From Eledone cirrhosa (Eukaryota): a stretch of 42,120 nucleotides of DNA. Location: the NCBI GenBank assembly GCA_964016885.1, contig CAXHJY010000609.1:1-42120 (forward strand), in the 5' to 3' direction. Numbering within the stretch: position 1 is the stretch's first letter; each line of letters starts with the position of its first letter. Below the pieces are notes generated by a model. That model searched no databases, was not told the origin of the DNA, and worked only from the letters and a program-made list of their open reading frames with translations. Positions 14,620-26,902 of the stretch are shown piece by piece. Made by a program: the position numbers and the translations under genes.

Positions 14620-15647
14620 ATAGGGTTAGTACCTTGGGATAATTGTTCTTCCTGTGTGGGCCACTCCCGGGGCGGGGGGGGGGGGGGGGTCCTCAGGTTC
14701 AATAGACGTGGTTTTGCTCATCCTAACCAGTAGAGGATTCGGTGGACAATCTACCGTAGGGACCATAAACTAAGGGTGGGTGTTGTTGCTCATTGGTCAT
14801 TGGTACGGGGTGTAGGGGACCTACAGAGGGAGGGGGGGGGGGCGTTGTGGGCGGCAAGAACCGGGGTTTATCCATATAGCTTGAGGGAAGTTCCTGTCCT
14901 TAGGTGTCTGCAGGCGCCGAATAAGTCGGCCCTTCTGTTTAATAGCTTGGTTCCGCCATGAAGTATCTCGAGTGTCTCACTAAAACAGAGGTTGCGAATA
15001 CCAGACCAACCTCTGTCTGGGGGAATCTTTCTAACCACGGACCAGACCAGAGAGTACAGGGTCTTTTCAAGTTTGAGCTTCCAGATCAATTCAGAAAGGG
15101 CCGTACATTTCCTCTTTTCTATTCTGTTAAAGGAATGGCGATGGTTATACCACCTATCTTTGAAGATTGTCGCCGTGGATCCTATGTAGTGGTGCTCCGA
15201 GTTAGGGCTTGTGACCTTGCACCTGTAGACTACGTTTTTTGTCATGCATTCATTACTAAGGGGGCATAGTGATGGTTTTCGGCAATTGCATGACTTCTTA
15301 AGCCCCAGCACATGTACCGCTTGGTTACCATCACTCGGGGTTAGCTGGGTAGCCGCTGCAATCAGCACAGGGTCGTTGGGTTCCGCTGTGCTAGTTGGGC
15401 CTCTCCGGGGTCTGATGCGTCCAGTGTGCTGGTTCCGTTGGTTGGCTCCGGGGTTTACGGTGGTATTAGAGGCAGAGAGCCTATTCCTATTTATGCCGGC
15501 TATGTGCTGAGCTATGGAACGTGTGGTTGAGTAGGAAAGTTTCACCGTGTTCCTGTTGAATATTTTATGGTACCTGTGGGCCCTAGGGAAACATTTATCC
15601 AGTACTCTAAAGAATGTTCTAGCCAGGCTGGTACGTAGACCCACCGA
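14620..15647 (-). mobile_element. 5'-truncated Penelope-like element (Neptune type): RT C-terminus, Cys linker, GIY-YIG endonuclease, 3' UTR
   Basis: Open frame ~15647-14868: [53 protein letters not shown]-x-[19 protein letters not shown]; N-terminus of the track ORF is microsatellite. Confidence 0.92.
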
Positions 15648-15873
15648 GTATATATATATACATATATATACATATATACATATATATATATATATACATA
15701 TATATACATATCTACATATATATACATATATACATATATATATATACATATATATACATACATATATATAAATATCTACATATATATACATATATACATA
15801 TATACATATATATATATATACATATATACATATATACATATATACATATATATACATATATACATATATATAC

Positions 15874-15944
<71 letters not shown>

Positions 15945-16239
15945 CATATATATACATATACATATACATATATATAATATACATATATATACATATATAT
16001 ATATATACATATATATACATATATATACATATACATATATATACATATATATACATATATATATATATATATACATATATATATACATATATATATACAC
16101 ATATATATACATATATGTATACATATATACATAAACATATATATATATATATACATAAACATATATATATATACATATATACATAAACATATATATATAT
16201 ATACATAAACATATATATATATACATATATACATAAACA

Positions 16240-16277
<38 letters not shown>

Positions 16278-16418
16278 CTTATATACATATACATATATAT
16301 ATACTTATATACATATATACACATATATTTATATACATATATACACATATATTTATATACACACACACATATATATATATACACACACATATATATATAC
16401 ACACACACATATATATAT

Positions 16419-16513
<95 letters not shown>
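15648..16513. repeat. Compound (TA)n/(CATATA)n/(CA)n microsatellite
   Basis: Direct reading. Confidence 0.95.
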
Positions 16514-16514
<1 letters not shown>

Positions 16515-16702
16515 CGTTTCTGAATTTGTTTAGCAAGATTCTTTATCTGAAAACGCGTGTTGAAACCGATATTGTTATACTTTGGTAGGGTCGTGTTGCC
16601 AATAAGAAACACACGCACCAGTTGCTATCACTGAAAATTTATAAATTTCACTGAAAATTTATAAATTTCCTGTTGGTAAGTTTGTTCCACAACCGGATGG
16701 TT

Positions 16703-16756
16703 GTTCATATATTGTCAAATTTCTATCGTCACACATTCTGTGACATCTTCAGTGAC
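16703..16756 (-). ncRNA. Degenerate hammerhead within a Penelope-type module (~16515-17100)
   Basis: Minus: GTCA-CTGAAGA-TGTCACA GAATG TGTGACG ATA-GAAA-TTTGACAATA-TA/TGAA; stem I only 3 bp. Confidence 0.5.
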
Positions 16757-17237
16757 TGGGAATTATTTTCTTTTTTTTGTGCCTCTCCTTTGTTCTGTCC
16801 TACGCCATCTTGTTTTTGTGTGTGTGTTGTGTGCTTAGTTTGCGCATGTGTTACATCCTGGTGTCTGTGTGTGTTTTTATTTGTTTATTTATTTGTTTAT
16901 TTGTTTGTTTATTTACATGTTACTAGTTGGTTGTTTGTTCTATGTGTGTGTGTTTTCATTTTGTCCTTAATTGTAAGTTGTGATGTTGCTATTCCTTTCA
17001 TGTTTTCTATTTAATTTTGGTTAGAGTTCATTTATGTCTATTGCCTCTGAAATGTGTCTAAACATTGCGTCTTTTCTGTGTGTAGATTCTATTTTTATCT
17101 CTATGTTCTCTAATTTGCCCTTGTGTTCTATTTTAGCATGTTGGTGGAGTACTGATGACTCTTTTCTATCTTGAAACTCTCGCGAGTATGACTAATCGAG
17201 TCACCGATAATAAGGTGGCACGGTCACATATTTTCTT

Positions 17238-17302
<65 letters not shown>

Positions 17303-17549
17303 CACACACACACGCACACACACACACACAAATCTCCCCATGTGTGTGCATGTGTGTCTGTGTGTGTTTGTGTGTTTGTGTGTGTATGTGTGTATGTCTG
17401 TGTGTGTGTATGTGTGTGTATATGTATGCGTGTGTGTGTGTATGTGTGTGTGTGTATATATACACCTACCAATTTATACATACATATGTTCAATATCATG
17501 AAATGTTGGTGTTTAAGTCTACATACGTGTGTACCTGTAATTATTTGAA

Positions 17550-18545
17550 TCTGTGTATATATGTACGTGTGTATATATGTATGTGTGTATATATGTACGT
17601 GTATATATATGTACATGTGTATATGTGTAGGTGTGTATATGTGTAGGTGTGTATATATGTACGTATATATATGTACGTGTGTATATATGTACGTGTATAT
17701 ATATGTACGTGAATATATATGTATAGTGTATATATGTACGTGTGTATATATGTACGTGTGTATATATGTACGTGTGTATATATGTACGTGAATATATATG
17801 TACGTGAATATATATGTACGTGAATATATATGTACGTGAATATATATGTACGTGTGTATATATGTACATGTGTATATATGTACGTGTGTATATATGTACG
17901 TGTGTATATATGTACGTGTGTATATATGTACGTGTGTATATGTGTACGTGTGTATATATGTACGTGTGTATATGTGTACGTGTGTATCTGTGTACGTGTG
18001 TATATATGTACGTATGTATATATGTACGTGTATATATGTGTCGGTGTGTATATATGTACATGTGTATATGTGTAGGTGTGTATATATGTACCTGTGTATA
18101 TATGTAGGTGTGCATATATGTACGTGTGTATATATGTACGTGTGTATATATGTACGTGTATATATATGTACGTGAATATATATGTACGTGTGTATATATG
18201 TACATGTGTATATATGTACGTGTGTATATATGTACGTGTGTATATATGTACGTGTGTATATATGTACGTGTGTATATGTGTACGTGTGTATCTGTGTACG
18301 TACGTATATGTCTAGGTGTGTATATATGTACGTATGTATATATGTACGTGTGTATATATGTACGTGTGTATATATGTACGTGTGTATATGTCTACATGTG
18401 TATATATGTACGTGTGTATATATGTAGGTGTGTATATATGTAGGTGTGTATATATGTAGGTGTGTATATATGTACGTGTGTATATATGTAGATGTGTATA
18501 TATGTACGTGTGTATATGTGTAGGTGTGTATATATGTAGGTATGT
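17550..18545. repeat. 16-bp minisatellite (TGTACGTGTGTATATA)n
   Basis: About 60 tandem variant units; explains all ORFs in this span. Confidence 0.95.
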
Positions 18546-19582
18546 AACTGTGTGTGTATTATGTGCTATTGAATATTTTCTTATTTATGATATTCCCAAT
18601 ATCCATCCTATGGCTGCCAGCCCCACGAGGGACTCGTGAAGCAGCTGTCTTGTAGCTCAGTGTTTTTAAAGGAAAATACAAGAGAACTACGTAAAAAAAA
18701 AAAAAATAACCATTTCAAAATAATACATTAAAATATAGAAAGAATAAGGAAATAGGGAGGACGAGAGAGCAAAGGGTAAACTGGCAGTAAGTGTAGACTG
18801 CGACAGAGATTACTTTAGTCTGTGGGGGGTCGGAAAGGAGGAATTATATTTCGATACTTACATCACTAATGTCTGGAGGGTAGGGGAAGAATTACAAACG
18901 AACGTCATTACATCAGTTTGTTTACCTCTTTAAAAAAAAAAATGAAGCCTTTTTTTTTATACACAGAGAAAAATGTGAAAAGAGAAAAGAGAAAATCTAT
19001 TATTTGGCCGGAGAGCTCTTAGTTTGCGGAAGGAACTAAGAAAACACGAAATAAATGGAAAAAAGGAAAAACAAAATGAAGTATCTAACAATAAGAACAA
19101 CCACATCACAAAAGAACGAAATTATATAACAAAACCGACAAAGAAAGAAACAAATGATCAACGCTACCACATGACGAATAAAGCAAAATGTTCAATTTTC
19201 CTATTTTTTGGTTTAGCTCCAAAAATTTATCTACTCCGCTCATCAGTCATTCATCTAAATATGTGTCTGCTCTGCTATTCACGCAGTTAAAAATGAGTTT
19301 TCCTTCTCAAGGCCTATTCATTTGCTCCCTAATCTAATGTTCTTTTTTATATTTTATTTCATATTATTTCATTTCTTTTCTTTCTTTGTTTTCTTTCATA
19401 GAAATCCGCCATTTTGTCTGACTTGTATATCATAGGAAAATGAAGGAAATGTTGATTGATATTGTAGGTGAATTACTTTTGAAATGTATGATTGATGATG
19501 CTAGAAATATTAATGTTGTTGTAGATAGCATTGTCGTTTTTCTATCAAAAGGAAACGAAAGCAACAACATAAACACAAATAA

Positions 19583-19803
19583 CAATTTCGAATTTTGGCA
19601 CAAGGCCAGAAATTAAGGATTAGGGGGGGGGGGGGGGTAAATCGATTGCATCGATTCAGTATTTTACTGGTACTTTATTTCATAAAAATCGGAAGGATAA
19701 AAGGTAAAGTCGACCTCAACGGGATTTGAACTCAGAACGTGAAAAGCCGGATGAAATGGCGCAAACCGTTTTGTCCAATGCTCAACGATTTTGCCAATCC
19801 ACT
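19583..19803 (-). mobile_element. tRNA-derived SINE (same group as 4772)
   Basis: GGCACAAGGCCAG..ACTGGTACTTTATT..AAAGGTAAAGTCGACCTC..GGATTTGAACTC..TTTGCCAATCCAC is the reverse complement of the SINE. Confidence 0.88.
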
Positions 19804-19811
19804 GATGATTT

Positions 19812-20245
19812 ATAATTTAAGCACAAGGCTAGAAATTTAGGGAGAAAGGGATAGATGGTTATATCGGCACCAGTATCTAACTGGTAATTTATTTATCCGA
19901 TACTATGGGCATGTGGTTAGAATGTCTGTGGAAAGAATCGCTGGACAGATTTTATCGGCAAAACCAACCGGCAAGAGACCCAGATCCAAGCAAGATGGTT
20001 GGATAACATCCATGAGCTTGGCTGGTCTCGCTTGGGGATCTCGCTTGAGGATCAGTTGGAGACGGTTGCTTCTGACACGACACACTGGAAGGACACCACG
20101 ATTCTCTCAGGAATAAGTGGACGAATAAAAAGACTTTATTTATCGATCCGGGAAAGAGGAATTCAGCGTGATCTGAACTCAGAACATAGCTGGAACAAAT
20201 GCCACACATCATTTTGTCGGACCTTTTGGCGATATTGTATTAGTT
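19812..20245 (-). mobile_element. SINE split by an RTE insertion
   Basis: 3' half at 19812-19897, 5' half at 20134-20245; TTTATTTATC duplicated on both sides of the insert. Confidence 0.7.
19898..20133 (+). mobile_element. RTE-clade LINE 3' fragment
   Basis: RYYGHVVRMSVERIAGQILSAKPTGKRPR then, frameshifted, RWLDNI; typical RTE C-terminus. Confidence 0.75.
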
Positions 20246-20280
20246 TGAGACATTAGACTGCGGCTATGCCTGGATATCGT

Positions 20281-20638
20281 AGGTGGAGACTTGGCAGAGT
20301 TGTTAGAATGTCGGATAGAATGTTTTGTAGTATTCACCTCCGTTCTCTGAGTTCAAATCCAGCCGAGGTCAACTTTGCCTTTCATCCATTCATGGTCGAT
20401 AAAAAAAGTACCAGTCAAGTACTGGGGTCGATTCTTCCTCTATATCTCTTCCTCACTTCCTGTCTCTTACTCTTTCTATCCTTTCCTGGAAGAAATCTGC
20501 TGTATTCAGGCCTTGAGAGGAGATGGGCTCGGTCAGGTTTAAAAATAAAAATGCCCTAAAAACGCTGTATGTCAATATGTCACCCCAATGACTCCCTCAT
20601 TAGTAATGGGTCCATATCATATCATACCATGCCATACC
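20281..20638 (+). mobile_element. Long-form SINE with (ATACC)-like tail and 14-bp TSD
   Basis: A-box TGGCAGAGTTG, B-box GTTCAAATCC; TSD ATGCCTGGATA(T/C)CG at 20266-20279 and 20639-20652; same family as 36420-37830. Confidence 0.88.
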
Positions 20639-20859
20639 ATGCCTGGATACCGACCCCAACAAACTGTTTTCAGGTCTGATACTTATTTTATCATATTGTC
20701 GAACGCCTAAACTGAAAGACATAAACTAACAGTAAACATGAACACGCATGTCTGCCATTGTACCTGCCTGTATACACATCTCGATATCTCTGCCTATCTG
20801 CTTGTGTAATAACCTGCTTCATTATATATCTGTCTCTCTCTATCTGTCTTCTCTGTCTG

Positions 20860-20910
<51 letters not shown>

Positions 20911-20913
20911 GTC

Positions 20914-21620
20914 TATACCAGTTCGAGACAAACTGGGCGCCCGGGCAGAGACCCTGCAAAAAAGATCTGTCCGAGGTGCGTGCGAGACGAAGAAACCGTC
21001 GCGCACGCATTCATACACTGCCCGGGCGTCACTGACCTGTGGGGCTATGTAGAACGACTATTGTTGCGGGTGGGACCAATCCGGTTGACCACCGAGTCCA
21101 TTGCCATGATCAAACGGCCACCCTCTTTCAAAAACGAAGGAGAGGCGGTTTTCCGTTATGTGATAGCTATGGCGAAAGAGGTTGTATGGTGGACGAGGTT
21201 AAAAGGCTGAGGTCAGATACCTTTCTCTCCGGCCAATAACTGATTCTTTTTTTCAAATACCACTTTAGAAGAAAAATCAGGATGGAGAGAGAGCTGCTGT
21301 ACCCCAGCAAGTTTTATGAAAGGTGGGTGAAAGTGGCTAGAATGGCCCAAGTGAATGGGCCTTCTCTCTATATCAGCCTGTAGGTTGAGGAAAAAGAAGA
21401 AGAGAGGAAAGGGGTACTCACTCTTCGTACTCCTGGAGATGAGGGTTGCACATTTTTTTCGGGGTATGTGTTACCCATATGTAATGTCTCCCCCTATTGG
21501 GGAAAATCGACTAATTTTTAAATTGCATTTGTGATAATATTTTACACGTTTTTATTGTACGTAAACTTCCCCCTTTGTATTTGTCCCCTTCTTTTGTGCC
21601 CCTGTGGCTAATAAAGAAAC
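20914..21620 (+). mobile_element. L1/Tx1-clade LINE 3' end in a (TATC)n tract
   Basis: PVRDKL..CPRCVRDEETVAHAFIHC (CCHC), AKEVVWWTR, frameshift and stop, ..FYERW..stop at 21383, 3' UTR with AATAAA; (TATC)n on both sides. Confidence 0.85.
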
Positions 21621-21621
21621 A

Positions 21622-21674
<53 letters not shown>

Positions 21675-22107
21675 GTCTGTCTGTCTGTCTTCTGTATCTG
21701 TCTATCTGTCTGTCTTCTCTCTCTATCTTCATCTCCATCCCTCTCACTCTCTCTCGCCCACTCTATCTGCCTACCTATCAGTCTCCTCACCCACCATTCT
21801 ATCTAGTTATCTTCCTTCTACTCACAGGTAATCTGGTAAAATCCAACAAACAACTGAAAGCCAATGATCACTTCACCGTTCTACATCTTAATTGGATAAT
21901 GATTTAATTGACTGATTAATTGATTAATTGGCGAAGTGTATAACTGGATTATTGATCGACTCATTCGATAGGGTCGAATCAGTGTTAAATTAGTAGATTT
22001 CACACCACACAACCTCACAAAGAAGAATGTTTATTTGTTGAAATTTAATATCGGCCTTATTGAGTATATCGATTTCATTTGTTTTGAGCTTCTAAGATTA
22101 CTCATGC

Positions 22108-22172
<65 letters not shown>

Positions 22173-22551
22173 CGTGTGTATATATATATATATATCTATA
22201 TATATATCTGCATATATATATATATAATAGAAACTGCTGTGGTGGAGGTTATCATCATGAACTCCTCCTCTACCTCCTCATTACCCCATCATCACCACCT
22301 CCACCGCCGCCGCCACCAACACTAATATAATTATAATCGCCGTATTCAACATCATTATCCTCGTCATCAAAATAATCACCACCATCAGAACCACCCATCA
22401 GCACCGCTACCGCCACCACCACCAGCATCAGAACCACCCATCAGCACCGCCACCACCGGTAGTCCAACAGGATATACCCGGATATATTTTGTTTAATGCG
22501 ATGACTGAACAGGAAGTACCCGACAGAGTATGGTAAAACTTTTATAATATT

Positions 22552-22611
22552 TGTCTTTGACTGAAGAAATCTTCTGTTAGCTTCCTAGATGAAATTAGAA
22601 TATATCAGACA
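22552..22611 (+). ncRNA. Candidate hammerhead
   Basis: TGTCT(TT)GA-CTGAAGA-A-ATCT..AGAT-GAAA-TTAGAATA-TA/TCAGACA, then ATTAAA; stems weak. Confidence 0.45.
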
Positions 22612-22647
22612 TTAAACATAGCCAGTGTCTCAAATATTGATACTAAA

Positions 22648-24415
22648 CATAGCCAGTGTCACCTCTGTTGGGTCTTGTGACCTCTAACACAGCCAGTGTC
22701 ACATCTGTTGGGTCTTGTGACCTCTAACACAGCCAGTGTCACCTCTGTTGGGTCTTGTGACCTCTACAACAGCCAGTGTCACCTATGTTGGGTCTTGTGA
22801 CGTCTAGCACAGCCAGTGTCACCTCTGTTGGGTCTTGTGACCTCTAACACAGCCAGTGTCACCTCTGTTGGGTCTTGTGACGTCTAGCACAGCCAGTGTC
22901 ACATCTGTTGGGTCTTGTGATCTCTAACACAGCCAGTGTCACCTATGTTGTGTCTTGTGACCTCTAACACAGCCAGTGTCACCTCTGTTGGGTCTTGTTA
23001 CCTCTAACACAGCCAGTGTCACCTCTGTTGGGTCTTGTGACCTCTAACACAGCCAGTGTCACCTCTGTTGGGTCTTGTGACGTCTAGCACAGCCAGTGTC
23101 ACCTCTGTAGGGTCTTGTGACCTCTAACAATGCCAGTGTCACCTCTGTTGGGTCTTGTTACCTCTAACACAGCCAGTGTCACCTCTGTTGGGTCTTGTGA
23201 CGTCTAGCACAGCCAGTGTCACATCTGTTGGGTCTTGTGATCTCTAACACAGCCAGTGTCACCTCTGTTGGGTCTTGTGACCTCTAACACAGCCAGTGTC
23301 ACCTCTGTTGGGTCTTGTGACGTCTAGCACAGCCAGTGTCACCTCTGTAGGGTCTTGTGACCTCTAACAATGCCAGTGTCACCTCTGTTGGGTCTTGTTA
23401 CCTCTAACACAGCCAGTGTCACCTCTGTTGGGTCTTGTGACGTCTAGCACAGCCAGTGTCACATCTGTTGGGTCTTGTGATCTCTAACACAGCCAGTGTC
23501 ACCTCTGTTGGGTCTTGTGACCTCTAACACAGCCAGTGTCACCTCTGTTGGGTCTTGTGACGTCTAGCACAGCCAGTGTCACCTCTGTAGGGTCTTGTGA
23601 CCTCTAACAATGCCAGTGTCACCTCTGTTGGGTCTTGTTACCTCTAACACAGCCAGTGTCACCTCTGTTGGGTCTTGTGACGTCTAGCACAGCCAGTGTC
23701 ACATCTGTTGGGTCTTGTGATCTCTAACACAGCCAGTGTCACCTATGTTGTGTCTTGTGACCTCTAACACAGCCAGTGTCACCTCTGTTGGGTCTTGTTA
23801 CCTCTAACACAGCCAGTGTCACCTCTGTTGGGTCTTGTGACCTCTAACACAGCCAGTGTCACCTCTGTTGGGTCTTGTGACGTCTAGCACAGCCAGTGTC
23901 ACCTCTGTAGGGTCTTGTGACCTCTAACAATGCCAGTGTCACCTCTGTTGGGTCTTGTTACCTCTAACACAGCCAGTGTCACCTCTGTTGGGTCTTGTGA
24001 CGTCTAGCACAGCCAGTGTCACATCTATTGGGTCTTGTGATCTCTAACACAGCCAGTGTCACCTATGTTGTGTCTTGTGACCTCTAACACAGCCAGTGTC
24101 ACCTATGTTGTGTCTTGTGACCTCTAACACAGCCAGTGTCACCTCTGTTGGGTCTTGTACCTCTAACACAGCCAGTGTCACCTCTGTTGGGTCTTGTGAC
24201 CTCTAGCACAGCCAGTGTCACCTCTGTTGGGTCTTGTGACCTCTAACACAGTCAGTGTCACCTCTGTTGGGTCTTGTGACCTCTATCACAGCTAGTGTCA
24301 CCTCTGTTGGGTCTTGTGACCTCTATCACAGCTAGTGTCACCTCTGTTGGGTCTTGTGATTTCTTACACAGCCAGTGTCACATCTGTTGGGTCTTGTGAC
24401 GTCGAAGACAGCCAG
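22648..24415. repeat. 40-bp minisatellite, ~44 units, with 240-bp higher-order repeat
   Basis: Unit ACAGCCAGTGTCACCTCTGTTGGGTCTTGTGACCTCTAAC; 23161-23400 equals 23401-23640. Confidence 0.98.
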
Positions 24416-24639
24416 TTCCGTCGCCCCTCTTTCCCTTTTATCTACTCTTTCTTCCACTCTCCCTTTCTCTCCATTATAATCCTATTTACTCTCTGTTTAC
24501 CCCCAACCCCTCACTCAGCACCCAATTATAGACCCCCCTCTAAAACTACATAGATATTGAGGTCTGGACAATTCATATTAAAATGGGGAATACATTAAAG
24601 GCGACTTTTATAGCGAATATCACAGACTTTTAGCAGGAA

Positions 24640-25445
24640 CCATAGCAACAAGAACAGCACCAGCAGCATAGCAACTGTACAATAACAGTAGCAACAACAA
24701 CCTCAACACCAATAATACCAATATCAACACCATCATCATCATTACCATCATCAATAATACCAGCACAATCAACACCACAATCACTTTCACCGACAACATC
24801 ACCACCACCACCGACACCACCACCACTACCGACAACACCACCACCACCACAATCACTTTCACCGACACCACCACCACCATCACCACCAACCACCACCACA
24901 ATCACCTTCACCGACACCACCGACACCACCACCACCACCACCACCACCACAATCACCTTCACCACCACCACCACCACAATCACCTTCACCACCACCACCA
25001 CCACAATCACCTTCACCACCACCACCACCACAATCACATTCACCACCACCATCACCACCACAATCACCTTCACCACCACCATCACCACCACCACCCCCAC
25101 TACCACCAACACCACTACCGACACCACCACCACCACCATCACCATCAACCACCATCACCACCACCACCACCACCACCACAACTACCACCACCACCACCAC
25201 CACCACCAACCACCACCACCACCACCACAATCACCATCACCACCACCAGCACCATCACCATCAACCACCATCACCACCACTACCACCACCACCACAACTA
25301 CCACCACCACCACCACCACCACCTTCACCACCACCACCACCACAATCACCACCACCACCTTCACCACCACCACCACCACCACAATCACCACCACCACCTT
25401 CACCACCACCACCACCACCACTAGCGACAACAACAACAACACATT
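24640..25445. repeat. Compound (CAC)n/(CAT)/(CAA) triplet repeat
   Basis: Direct reading; internal ~30-bp ACAATCACCTTC(ACC)n units. Confidence 0.95.
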
Positions 25446-25700
25446 ATAAAAAACAACGGAAAAAATACATCGCAATAATCCTGGCCAACAAATGTAAACC
25501 ACTGGAATTTGATTGGTTTGACTAGTTTCCTTGGTATCTGTGTGTGGCTGTGTGTGTGTGTGTGTGCGTGCGTGTGTGCGGGTGAGTATGTGTGTGTGTG
25601 AGTGTGTGTGTGTGTGAGAGCGTGTGAGTGTGTGTGAGCGTGTGTGGGTGTGTATGCATATGTATGTATGTATGTATGTATGTATATATGTATGTATGTA

Positions 25701-26064
25701 TATATGTTCTTCTGGTTTTATAATTTCACAAAGTTTTCCCAATAGAGAGAGAGAGTCGGTTTCTAACATAGACACAAGACTCTCTCATTGGAATTTACAC
25801 AACATCAACAAGGTAGATATGTATGTATGTATGTATGCATATGTAGATATGGATGTTATTATATGTGTGGATGTGTATGTTTTGAGTTGTATGTGTGCAT
25901 GTATATATGCTTTGTATCTGTACAAGTGTATATGCAGTTATTAGATGCAGAATTTTGGGAATGTTTTACATATTTTTACTGTTCCATTAATGGATTGTAC
26001 TTGTAATTTCCTAACTAGTTGTGTTCTTTCTGTTCCTGTGAAGCCTAGCTTCTCAAGATTTGTA
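25701..26064 (-). mobile_element. R4/Dong 3' end and UTR (inverted homologue of 28811-29172)
   Basis: Reverse-complement alignment; ends in (CATA)n on the minus strand. Confidence 0.92.
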
Positions 26065-26094
26065 CATATACTGATTCATATATATATATATATA

Positions 26095-26182
<88 letters not shown>

Positions 26183-26255
26183 TATATATATATATATAAA
26201 CTGATATATATATATATATATATAAACTGATATATATATATATATACACATATAT

Positions 26256-26320
26256 ATTAAAATAACAGATTAAAGTTTAAGCAGCGATTCTTTGCTTAAA
26301 CTTTAATCTGTTATTTTAAT
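26256..26320. repeat. Perfect 28-bp hairpin with 9-nt loop
   Basis: ATTAAAATAACAGATTAAAGTTTAAGCA / TGCTTAAACTTTAATCTGTTATTTTAAT. Confidence 0.95.
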
Positions 26321-26601
26321 AAATATTTGCTCTACGGTTCTTATATATGTGATATATATTTTTCCTTACTGAGCCCTCTTCGGATTTTAGTCTTCACATT
26401 TATTATTATTACTATACGGGGTCGATAAAATAAAGTACCAGTAATACACTGGGTAATTTCTGGCCTTGTGCCTAACGTAGAAACAATTACTATGTGTGTT
26501 TGGATGTGTGTAGAAGTCTTCAATCTGTTTTACCTTTTAAAAATCTAAGCACATTTGCGAAATTTGTTAAGAAATTATTACATACGCCATACACACATGC
26601 A
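26305..26601 (-). repeat. Inverted duplicate of 29545-29777 carrying a SINE 3' fragment (26416-26485)
   Basis: Reverse-complement alignment; SINE piece flanked by TSD ATTACTAT and absent from the right copy. Confidence 0.9.
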
Positions 26602-26902
26602 TATTTACGCACCCACACGTACATACATACATGCACATACACACACGCACACACACTCAGAAACACACACACACACATATATATATATATGCATAGAGAT
26701 ATATACACGAATACATGCAGTTACACATATCTACAATCACCTGCATACACACACACACTTATAGACATAGACACACACTCATGTAGACAAGCATACATAC
26801 ATACACACACACATATGCACACAGATACATACATACTCACATACAAGCATACACACATACATACACACATACATACATATATACATACATACATACATGC
26901 AT

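Noticed and set aside
14640-14705. Possible hammerhead in the Neptune 3' UTR (CTGAGGA on minus)
   Set aside because: GAAA and the stem I partner were not found.
19185-19252. Minus-strand CTGATGA..GAAA
   Set aside because: Stems I and III do not pair convincingly.
22648-24415. CRISPR-like appearance of the 40-bp array
   Set aside because: Head-to-tail units with no unique spacers, eukaryotic context, no cas genes.
24620-25775. Poly-Val/Gly/Trp ORFs (also poly-Pro/Leu/Val at 38752-39264)
   Set aside because: Triplet-repeat artefacts.
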